Shown here: piece by piece, positions 13,347 through 25,535 of the stretch
How positions within the stretch are numbered: the first letter of the stretch is position 1
How the letters are laid out: every line of letters begins with the position of its first letter
Origin: Kudoa neothunni
Taxonomy: Eukaryota; Animalia; Cnidaria
Assembly (NCBI GenBank): GCA_964304625.1
Contig: OZ199838.1
Coordinates: 10,299,817-10,363,816, forward strand
Length of the DNA: 64,000 nt
Direction of reading: 5' to 3'
Position numbers and translations under genes: made by a program
Notes under the pieces: model-generated
What the model saw: the letters and a program-made list of their open reading frames with translations, nothing else
Databases searched by the model: none
Told to the model about the DNA's origin: nothing

Positions 13347-14311
13347 CCCTTTGAACCCCAATGTTGCCAAATGGCAACATTTTAATTTTGTGAGTGTTTT
13401 AACCATTTAATTACACTTTTTAAATATATCTTTATTATAATAATATAGTTAATGTTTATTCAATTTTATAAAAATGAATTATAAAAACTTATATGTTTTA
13501 CATGAAGAGCAATACAGATGAATATCAAAATCTACGATAAATATAAAAAAGGTTAAAAGTATCCTGCAATTGAATTTAGAATTTTGAGGTTTCAGTACAA
13601 TTAAAAAATATACATATATACTACTAAATAAGTTTATTCTAAAAATGAATCTAAGAATAAAATACGCTTTGAGTATATTATAGGGACAGATTAATCCTTG
13701 TTGCCATTTGGCAACATTGAGCCAGCGGGTATAGTAAGCGTTGTCGCATGGCAAGGTTCGGCCTCGATTTAAGTGTGTTTATATTATTTGGAATGGATTC
13801 TGACTAGATTGGGGTGAAGAATAAATAGAGTATACTCTTAAAAAATCATATTAACAGGTGGGTAAAAATCCGGCGTTGGGCTAGAACCGGATTCCATTTT
13901 GTATAGTCAATATGATGGTATTGTATCCGAATACATTTCTAATGATGAGGAGGAAGATGACTACCGTTTAAATTAGACAGTGAACGCGAAAAATTTAATA
14001 ACAAATGATATTGAGACAACTGATATTTTTGAGCAAGTTGAAGATATTATATTTGAACGTTTCATTTATTTCAACCGATTCTTCAATGATAGATTATTTG
14101 AACATGTTTGCATTAAGTGTAATGTTCATTTGTGCCTCAATAAAAACAGGAACTGCTTTTCGGTTTATTGACATTGTAATAAATAATTTAATATTTAATT
14201 TCTGAAATGATTGCTCCAATTTTTGGTTATTTTATATAAAATTGTTTAAAATTCAACAGAACGAGAAAAAAAATTTGTTCAGTCACTGCATTAAATTCGG
14301 GGTTCAAAGGG
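13347..14311 (+). mobile_element. Internally deleted (non-autonomous) piggyBac element
   Basis: TTAA|CCCTTTGAACCCC ... GGGGTTCAAAGGG|ATAA. Retains the C-terminal Cys-rich relic CIKCNVHLCLNKNRNCF and palindromic subterminal motifs. Confidence 0.85.
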
Positions 14312-14891
14312 ATAATGGATAACTATTTGAGGTTTAGTTGAGATTTATTATTGCGTAATTCCTAATTTTCTGAATTATCCTTTAAAGAGGGATTTCTTGT
14401 TTTGTGAAGCTGTTATTATTTCATCATTACATTAGTATATTTAAAAATGTTACTGCAAAAATGATAGGAGACTCGTTGTTGAACGGGTTCTCGCTGATCG
14501 CAACAAACCACGCAATATCCAATCTCGGTTGTACCCCTTTATTATAGAAAATTATCCTTCAATCGGTGACCAGATTTGTTATAAATATGTAACACTTAAT
14601 AGTTTAAATTAGTACAAAAAATTTACACATTTGAAAAAAGGGTTGTGTGTCTACCTCAGGTTCGGAATAAAAACGAATCAATGCAAACCAGCTTGAGGCA
14701 CACCTGACGACAAAAGATATGGGGAAGATTTGATCTATAACAAATAATAAACTATGTGAGTATTCGAACTGAATTTTTGGAATCCTTAGTGGCAAAAGGA
14801 GAGAAGAATAAATTTATAAAATAACGGTTTAATCAAATATTGAAAAATAAGAATATTAGAACAATCTGGTCAACTGTACAGTTGGGCTCGT

Positions 14892-17800
14892 TCATTTGTT
14901 GATTTCTCGTTGTAACGATTCAATAAAAATATCTAACAAATCTTTTACAGTTGTAAGTTCCTCTACAATTTTCAAGTGTATTAGCCAGAAACATATCAAA
15001 AACAAACTTATTTGATTGGCGAGTTCAACAAAGCTGCCTTGAATAGAATTCTTCATCTGAGAGGACGTTTCATTATTCTCAAGAAGTTCTTTAGAAAATG
15101 AGACTATTCTTTTGACTAAACAAATTGAGAATCAATACATAGACAATATATATAAATCCATAAATTAAAAAGATACCTTCATTATTAGCCAACTGTTGTT
15201 GTATAATAGACGATGATTGCTGAATCAACCGATGAATTCTCCAAAATAACAATAACTCATTACAGCCCAACTAATAAATTTAATAAGTAGAACAATTGGT
15301 TCAAAAAGTAGATTTATGAATTACGGGATTTTTCGAGAAATCCTTAGTGCCAAATCCATTTCTACAAATTCCAATATGATCGATCGACTTCCTGAGGAAT
15401 TTGGTCAGGTAGAGATCGCTATAAATTTTGAGGACCTTAATACATATAAAATTTAGTCGAAAAATAATCTCGAACTGCTTCTTTATTGGGTGGTGTGCTG
15501 CCATTAGGCAAAGAGGCTATCGCTCGTTGTATTATATCCTCAGATGGAAGAGGCTTGAGTTGATCGAAAGGTATGGTAGCGTCATTGAATGATTTAATTA
15601 GAGAAGATCGTATAGCAGAAAAAGCTTTCTAAATTTTTGTAGTTGTTGGTACTTGACGAGAAAAGTAGAAAAATTAACTTGATCGTTAGTTTGAGATTTC
15701 CAAAGAAGCCAACGGTCGATAAACGAGGGACCAGTATAAAATTTGACATCAGCTTCAAACTTTTCAAGTTCTTCTGCGAAAAACACAATCTGCTAATGCA
15801 GCGGCGGTGTTCCAATTAAGGCGACTTTCTAAGTTTGAGTCAGAAAGTGCCAAATTCTGTATTAATCGCTAAGCAGAAAAACCGAACTCAATTATTGTAA
15901 AGAAAAATAAATAATTACCAAGCTATTTGTATTATTTTCTCCCCATTTAAACTCCCTTTTAAAGCTATCCAAGTAGGTCTCTTTCATTGGATAAAACGCT
16001 GAATAATAAGTTTGATCTTTCCTAGACTACATAGATCATTTTAAATCGGACAAATGAAGGGAATTTTTGATAAAACGTATACTAACTTCAAAGATCTTGC
16101 TTAATGTATCAATAATCAAATCCTTCGTAACCTAATTACATAAATAAATTTGTGAAACGGCAAATTTAAAAGTTACACCAACTGTAAGATTAGTAAGATC
16201 GTTTTCTATCCATTGTTTGAGTTGAACTTCAAGATTTGTCCGAAAACTAATAGCGGTTCCGTTTAGGGCGTTTGGTAGGTAGATATTTTTAAAAACATAA
16301 GGAATTATGGCATTCCACAATTTTTTATTGAGACTGTTTTCAAAATCAGTATTTTTAAAGTGGCTGCACAATTTAGAAACATCTTCAAGGACTTCAGAAG
16401 ATGATTTCTCAAAAAGTTCCTCCTATATTACGACAATTAAAATAAACCAATAAAATATCAACGTATTTAAGTTAAAACTATAAATAATCAAATTTTATCA
16501 ATAAATTAAATAAAAATATAAGAAAGTAAAATTTTTCAGACCAAAATCTAGCAACAGCGTATTAAAAACTATAATTTTATTATTTAAATAAACGATCAAG
16601 TCATCTTTTATGGAAGATTGGATTTAACCAATCTAAGATAAATGATGCAGAAGTAATTCCATTCAATCTTTATCAAAATAAGACATCCATTTCTAATTTT
16701 GTTTAACTGGATATAGAAATGATATAAAGATTATTTAGCTAAAATCGATGGAGTTTATCTTGAGCTGGATGATTAAATTTTTCACTAAAGATTTATATGG
16801 AGTTGAAACAGTCGATTTAAGTAGGGAATAAAGGCAGCATTTAACGAAACCGAAAAATATTAATCAAATACTCTAGTCATCTCGTTGAGATTTGGGAAAC
16901 GATGTCTCCATTCCGTTTCCAGCGAAAACAATCTACTTCGAACAGCATCTGAACTTTGGCGAATAGAATTGTGAACCATTTCCCAAAACTTAGATTTCAC
17001 TTGAAGTATAAGGTTGGTAGAGCTCGCTTGACTGCGATGCAAAACGCCATTCCTATTAATGGTAATTGTTGTGAACAAAAAAATATGACAAATCACCTGA
17101 AATAATGCGAATTCTCAAATAATTTTTTTCATATTCATTGATTTTACTTATTGTATCGTCGTTGTTACCAGTTCCGGCTATTACCGCGTAATAACCAAGA
17201 GCTTTCATGGGGAATATTTGGCCGCATAGAAGTCGTTCGATTCGATTTTTATCAACACTGTTTTTTTCAGCCACGTCAATTTTGGTCAACACACATATTG
17301 TCCTTTGACCTAGGAGACTTGTTAGAAAAAAATGGAAGATTTTAGCGCATCACCCTCTGGATCGATATCTCTTGTGAGGTCAGTCACTAAACTTCTCTCA
17401 GCGTCCACACTTCCGTCTAAAGTAACAATAACACACGTGCAAAACAGTATAAGATAAAAAACCTTGAACACAAAGAATAATAGAGTTAGGATTTGACATA
17501 TACCTCCTAGAAAATCACATTTAATGGAAAAACTCATGGATTTTTCAATGTAATCAAGAGACAAGTATAGAATCTTTCATAGCCCTCATTGAATTAGATC
17601 GGTGATGATTTAGGTCAAAAATCCATTTTAACTTGATTACAAAATTTCTCCACAATGTTTCAAAAACATAATAAAATAAATTCATTTATATCAAAAATAT
17701 ATTTAAAACAACTAAGATAAGAACTTGAAAAAATAAAATAGTAAGGTTATTGTGTTAATAAGTAATTTTTTCTTAAAAATACAATTTAGTTTAACAATTA

Positions 17801-20800
17801 ACATAGTCTGCATTAAATTTATCCTCATATTATAGTAGAATTTCGAGAAAACGACCCAGAATTCTAAATAAATCTTTGTAGAAATTATTTGTGTATATTC
17901 ATCGGAGACAAAATATAATTAAAATTGAATTCTAATTTTCATACTTAGAGCTAAAGAAGCCGTTGAAAAAGATTTATTAATTCTGTTTCACCTCAAACCA
18001 AAATAATTTGGCTTTATTACGATTGTAACATTTTTTCACGAACAAAAGGCGAAAAAATGGGGACTGACATGCGTTTGGAGTATTATAATGATGTTTTTTA
18101 TGTATTAATTAGCAAAACAATCAATGTTTTTCTCCTGCTGAATTTCTACTCACAGCTTGTTGAGAAATAGTTAATACAAACTCTGTCAAAAAATAACAAA
18201 GTTATCAGTATGTATATTTTAGAAAGGAACTGTTTCATCAAGTTGATAATTTAGCGTAGAATAGATTAACGACATGACTAGGACTAAGCCTGCTTTCGAT
18301 TGTTTTAATATAAATTAGATGTCATAACACCTTATTACGTAAGTTTTGAAATATAGAATCTTCTATTTATAATTTTTTGAGCCATTTAATAACTTAGACA
18401 TTCCGATAAAATAAGTTTGTTTGTTTTTGTATTATTTGAGGGATAATATTCTTTTTAAATTATGACCTTTAAATGTAAATTAAAATACTTTGCAAGATCA
18501 ATAATAGAATCTTTGGTATCTGGGGACATGTCCGTGGTGACAGTCTAAACAATATATCTCGTAAACAACCACGCACTTGTGTAAATACATTTATAACACC
18601 AGGAAGATCTACTAGAATCATGCGAGAGATATTAGGTCCCTTGAGTGTGAGTGACACAGGCTATAAAAATCTGAATAAAGATAACTATCAAGGTATTACA
18701 GTAGGAGATATAGTCTTGTTGTCGATTCGAACATTCTTCTCCATTCTCTCCAAAATTCTGTTTCTTAGAATAGTCACCTATTTCAAGGGTGATGAAATCT
18801 CTTCCCTTTAATTCAAAGTAGTCAACCTGCTCGGGATTGGTTAGATCGAAAACCACGTTGGGATCATTGTTAAAATACGCGATGTGTTCAGAACCTTCTC
18901 CGAGTGTCAGCATAATTGGTGATCTTGTCATCATTGAGCCGCATCCCCTAAACAACAAAATTACATAAACCGCAAATAACGTCATATGAATAGGCAAACC
19001 TAGGAAAAATTCTTGCCTTAGCAAACAGCTCTAACACACTCGTTTTTCCACTACTTTGGTCACCAATAACCACAACCTTCGAAACACTATCATAAAAATT
19101 CGCCACACTCTTCACATATAGATACTCTTGGTAGATGATCTTGGAAATTAAATGATTTGCTATTGAATGATTGAAGTATATCCAAAATTGTAGCGTATTG
19201 ATCAATAATGGTTTTCTATCAAGTGGTATAGATTAATTGAAACAACAATAAATAGTTACATGTCTAAATTTGAATTTAACATTTTGTAGATCGGTGTCAC
19301 TATTCGAAAGCAATTTTTTTATTCTATAATTCTCCCTAGCAAGATTTTTGTTTTCATTTTCGAGCCTATCGAATTCTTTTTGGAATCGTTTCTTTATAAA
19401 TAAAGATCAAATTTATGTATAATATAGAAGCCTATTTTTATATTAAAATATATACCTGCATTTCCATGTAGTCATTCAAAACTGAATCCAAGCGTTCTTG
19501 TAACTAACAAGAGAATATTCCGTTGGATCTCGATCAAATGAATTAACTTTATTATCTTTAGAGTTGGCTATTCTTTCAAATTGTTCAACATTAAATATTT
19601 GGTAATCATCTGCATTAGCTACATCTAAATAATATAAATTGAGATAAGTACGCCAATTTGAATAGATAAAGTTTCATTTTAATTAACCCTTTCAGTCCCT
19701 ATATTTAAACTCGATGTGGAGAGTATAGTAATTGTAACAACACTTCAAAAAATTTTTTAATGATTACCAGTATCTACAATATTTATAAATTCTAATTTTA
19801 AATCATATTACCAATAAAAATTCAAACAACGCGACTTAAGTTTATGTGGAATTTTCGTAAAAATCGATTAATTTTTAATAAACAATGACTCAGTTTATAA
19901 ACAGTCGAACTTTAGTTATCTGCATGTGGACTAAAAGTGGTTTTTATTGCGCATAATTAATTTTTGTATAATCGAAAATTATTTAATTGAAAAAGTACAA
20001 AAATTATAAATATAACCGAAAAATTTTTTCGGATAGAACTTGTTTGGATATCTGTAGTTCAGTTGTATTATGATATAATTTGAGTAAATTTATGGAATCA
20101 ATTAAATAACTTTTACCACCCTTTTTAATGCACAACCGTAGAAATCAATTTTATTTTTTTTAATATAATTTTATCATTTAATTAAACAACTTATTTTTGA
20201 CGAATTTAAAAAAACTATTATCTTCAATTTATATATTATTTTCATATATCCCAATAAAATTTTATATTTGGCATGGAATTTATGATTTCCCTAAAACTGA
20301 CGAAAAAATATAAGAACGATAAAAAGAATTTTAAACAAATCCATACTATTATATATTTATTCAAAGAGAACTTCTATTAAATAATTGTAAGGATAAATTA
20401 TAACGTCAGTTTTGATGTCATTAATCGACTTAGAAGGCACATCCGAATATATAAAAACAATAAAAAATCCCAAATTTATTTTAAATATTGTTATTTGAAT
20501 GCAGTATTATAGAGAAAATAAGAGCTTAATTCCAATTAATACGGCCATAAATCGCCCCGAAGTTTCTATGAGGAATTTGAAAATGAAACAGCTTTACAAT
20601 TATTGATGAATTGCCTAAATTTGGAAACACCAAAATAATGATTGGACGACATTTAGCTATTTCAATAAATCGAAAATTGTTAGAGGATAGTGAATTACTC
20701 TCTCAACAAACAATACCTGAATAATTAATATCAATGTAAATATTAACAAATAAAAAAATCTCATATCGAATTTTATAAATGATTTTTTTGAGAAAAATAA

Positions 20801-22489
20801 AATTTCAAACAAACTGGGATGTAAACGATAGAAAAAGTCCCTATTAAATGTTTATTTGAATTATTATTTAGCTACAAAAATAATTCAAAAATTAATGTTG
20901 TTTTAAAATATTATTCCAAATACTGCAAAGTTTAAGTTTAAGGATTAATTCCGACGATCGATAAAGACATCCTCTAAACTATATATTTAGTTAACTGGAT
21001 AAACGATTTAATGAAGGGTTATTTTCGGAGGATTAAAGAGTTCTTTCCCAGGTTATTTTCTATTTGAGGTTCAAATAAATCAATAAAAAAATTCCATAGG
21101 TATTTAATTAATTTAATAAATCTTCATGAATACATTGTTATGCATTTGAATTTATTTCATAAACAAACCCAAAATTATTAACAGGTAGAAATAAAATTAT
21201 TTTAAGGTTTTTACTGATTTTTTAATTTCTAATCAAAAATAAGTCGAAACAAAGTTGTCAGTATTTAATCTAAAATTATAAATTGTAGCTTAAAATAATA
21301 ATTTTTTTGTTTCAACAAAATTGTTCAAATTAATTATTCAGTCAACGAGAATTTAGATAACAAATTGATGGGCTTAAATGAAATTTTGATTGAATTTGGG
21401 TAAGAAGGGCTCATTTTTATTTTAACCAAATTTTATGCGTAGAAGTGTGTAAATATAAACCAGGATTTTTTCAATTCTATGTGCCTTGTCTTATCTCGAT
21501 TTTTAATGTTAAATGTAAGCATATATTTTTCCCCAAAAAACGATAAGGGATGTAAAATACATTAATAAAGTTAGAAAATTAATGTGATTTAAAATTAAAA
21601 CCTAAATTAGAGTGTTTTTACATTATTTATAAAATAATTATATTAAAATTATACTGGTAATATAATACGCATTAAACGATTCCTCTATAATTAATTCCTT
21701 TTGAAAATTATAAACTAATCATAATTTCACACATACAGTTTTGTCTGAATAGTTATCATATGATTGAATAAACATCGCACAATTAAAACAAAATTATATT
21801 TCATAAGTATTTTACAGGTCTCAAAGACTTTACAAGAGTATAACATGGATTATTTAACTTTTAAATAAAAACTGGGAACGAACGAGTTAAACTTTCCTTA
21901 CGTGAAACAACAAATAGTATTATGTAGTTTTGTATACCCTTATCCGGTGAAGACTGTTTATCTGTAGCATTTTTATCGTTAGAAGATTGAGTATATGACG
22001 ATGATGATTGTGTCGATAGTTGATTAGATTGTGTGTTGTTAGTCAATGTATTTTCAAGTTCCAGTTCACGTTCTATTAATTCTTAAAAAAATTAATCGTC
22101 AACCCTCCTTTATACTCCTTCAAAATGAAACTATACAGATAAGTAATAAAGTTTAAAATTAAAAATATTTATATTAATATTAATAAAACTGCTTCAGAAG
22201 TAAATAACTTACTTGGGGCAGGAAACGAAAATAATTTAGAAAACGAATCCAACCTTATTTTCATATCATCCATATACTAAAATAGATTAGAGGGGAAACA
22301 TAGTTGTATTCGTATTACGGAATTAAGTGTGTACAATGTTCCTCCAACACCGGCCAACGCCAAATATCGCACCCTAGTCAACACACGAAGGATAGTGGCA
22401 GCAGATATGTGTCTTTTCGCATTAACACCATGAATGCAATTTTTCAACTGGTTTTTGTTGCTGTGTGATATTAACTTAGTCAAGCTCAT
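14892..22489 (-). CDS. OPA1: Dynamin-like mitochondrial inner-membrane fusion GTPase OPA1 (many short introns, two kb-scale introns)
   Basis: Basic presequence and TM segment [18 protein letters not shown]|[45 protein letters not shown]|[16 protein letters not shown]-terminus [17 protein letters not shown] at 14892. Two 1-nt homopolymer indels must be corrected to keep frame (17117-17119, 15779-15783). Confidence 0.95.
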
Positions 22490-25400
22490 TCTGGCGCATG
22501 TGCGTTGGAGTACCTTCTATATTTATTACAGAAAACAATTTTCAAATATTTTTTTAGTTATTTAATTAATATGATCAAAACATATATGTATATAAATCGA
22601 CAGGATAACGAATATTAGACTTTTTATGATACAAATTTATTCACACATCTAAATCAAGTGTTGTCACCAACAAATATAGCTTTTAATATTTATTTATTTA
22701 TTAAGTCAGTAGAAAATAACTTAAGAATTTTTAAAATTTTCTATTTATTAACGAGAGTAAAATGAAAAATAGTAAAATGGTTTATTTTAGAAAAATTACT
22801 TCAAAGATTATTTGGAAGGATCACCGGAGATAAATTCAGCAGGGGTAGCTTGACCAAATAATATAATCATATTAAAACTGGAATATAAATTTTCTAAATT
22901 ATATATTAATATTAAGGGGAAAATGAAATAATATGATGAACCCCCAAGAGACCAAAGAAATTTCTTTGATAATTTATGGTAAAGAAGATCAGGAAATTTA
23001 ACCTATTAATATGTTAATAGATGATTATCAATTTATAATAAAATTTTAATTAAAAATAAAGAAAAAGAATTAATTGAACATTTATTTTTGGATATTTTTA
23101 TGCAACTTACTCCAAATACAGCAAGCATAAGAATGGTTTTGAACCAGGGATGGTTTTTCCTAAAGTTTGATTTAAGTAAAAAGAATGAGCTTTCAGATAA
23201 TAGTTGATTTCAACAGTTTCATGATTAATAGATCACTATTGAATCCATAAATACATCTTAATAACTCTAATTTTTTTCATATAATATAGGGACAAACATG
23301 GGATGAACTCTCATCTTCAAAAGATTTTATGCAGTAAAATGCAAATTATAGTCGTTCTAGAGATTTTTAATTAATAGAATAAATCTAAATTTCCAGTTAT
23401 CAATAGAATTCACGTCTGCTACTCTCATCCCTTATTTTGGTAGCATCGACACACCACCCATAAACGACCGCTCACTTCTAAGAATATGTATCACAACATC
23501 ATTTAAACAATGTAAGCTAATGAAGCATTCGACGGTAACCAATTACAATTATTTATATAATGTTAGAAATCAAAGGATAAGATAAAGTTTAGGTATAGGT
23601 TAATAATAGTCTATATGTAAAAATATAACAATACTATAAAATTAGTTATTATTCATAGAATAATAAACTCAAAAAACTATAGTTGAAATCAACAATTTTA
23701 ATTTAGAAAACTTAATATTTATTAAGGATAACATTTTGATGTTCAATTTATGAAATGGTTTATGTTGAACTCATGTTATAAAATTTCCTAAATTACATAA
23801 TAGAAATGTAATTTTTAAACCCTCAATCCATTTTTAGGTAGATTCAGAAACCTTACTGCTCTATTAGACAATGATCAAATAAAAATGTGCGCAATTTTAT
23901 TAAATGATCAATTTTGTACGAATTAGATGCAACTCACAATTTTTTACCTCAAAAATTGTTTCGTAACAAATGACTACCCAAATTCTCAAACAAATTTTAG
24001 AATAAAAAATTTTAAATTTAGTTTAAAACTTTACAAATTAATTATACAAAAATTATGTCAATAAACTATATATTCATAATATAATATTTAAAAGTGAATT
24101 ATAATTAGAAATTATTTCGCGAATTTATGTTTGTTGATAACGGCATACAAATCTTAAATGGTTTAAACTCCGTATAACGGTAATATTATTATGTTAATAA
24201 ATTTTTTGATGTATTTAAAAAGTCCATATTTGACAAAAATGAATTAACTACCTTTTCGTCCTCGATTCTATGAAAAAGTTGGGTAAATATTGAGAAATTA
24301 ATAAGATCTGGAACGAATTTTATTCGACCAATAATTCATCATAATAGGAAAATCATATTTAATTGTAAAAAAATCAGAAAAAGTTTAACACTGCAAGAGT
24401 AAATTAAATATGTTGCATATATGTCCACAAGTCCCGCTTCGCGAAGGCTTCCTTGCCTAGCCAAGTAGGCTAACATCTGGCGCAGACTAAAGCCTTTCTG
24501 ATTTTTAAGTAAATAGCGCTAATGCCCAGTTTGGGCTGATACAGTGTGATGGAAAATTTTTGCTTGAATTTTATTTTTCTATTTTAATTTATGCATTTAA
24601 AGCTTGTCATTATTTTTGCAATGTGATGATTTAGATAAACGAAATTATGCGCGCACTTTCCATTCAAATATAAATAGAGGTATGGAAAGAAATTAATGAG
24701 TAATTTTAAGTTTATTTTACAAATTATTGACCAAAACTATGATTAACTTAATTTTAAGAGAAATGTAATTAGCGATTAAAGTTCAGCTATTTATGAAACA
24801 AAATCATTAAATAACTTAATAGGACTTTCAGTTATTTTCAAAATCTTACGATCAAAATTAATCCCTCTAGTTATAAAATTTATTATTAGTCTACAAACGA
24901 TAAAAAAAAAATAAAATAAACTTAAGATGCCTCCGAAATACAAATATTAATTGTTACTCCTTTTTTCGCAATTTTATAATGATTCCAATGATGTTTTAAA
25001 AAGCTGTGCGCGGTAACTTACGTATTCACTATTGTAATAAAATTTCCCAATTTATAAATAAATCCAACCATGCTTTTTATCAAGAATACTTAATGGTTTG
25101 AAAAATTACAGTAATGATTAAACATCAACTGGTTTTCTTGAAGGAATGCACCCTTTTAAAAATTAACACAATGTTTGATTGCCCTAAAAAAATTTCTTCG
25201 TATTGAACTATTCTTAGATTAACTAAAACTTTGTGAAAATATCGGTTATATCGAATAGACCAATGATTTCTTATTAACTTACATGACACGTATTGAGAGT
25301 GGACTGTATTTTGTGCGAAAGTAATCGTGAACATAAATTCTTAAACTGCGTATAGAACGCGGTGCCGCGTATTTTTATGCAGCTTTTATATCATAATGAA

Positions 25401-25535
25401 TTAATGCGAGCCTAAAGAAAACAGTATATGGATTTGAATATTAACCTTGAGGTCTGGGGGTAAGGAATAATTAGGCCACTAAGAACTTAAACATTATTTA
25501 AAAAATTATCTCATCAAATATAGAAACTTATCGAA

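Noticed and set aside
19683-19700. TTAACCCTTTCAGTCCC piggyBac-like left end in an OPA1 intron (similar lone ends at ~29766 and ~46704)
   Set aside because: No convincing matching opposite TIR found, so no element can be delimited.
19902-20067. Possible pogo-type MITE (CAGTCGAACT... / ...AGTTCAGTTG)
   Set aside because: Ends are too degenerate to support by eye.
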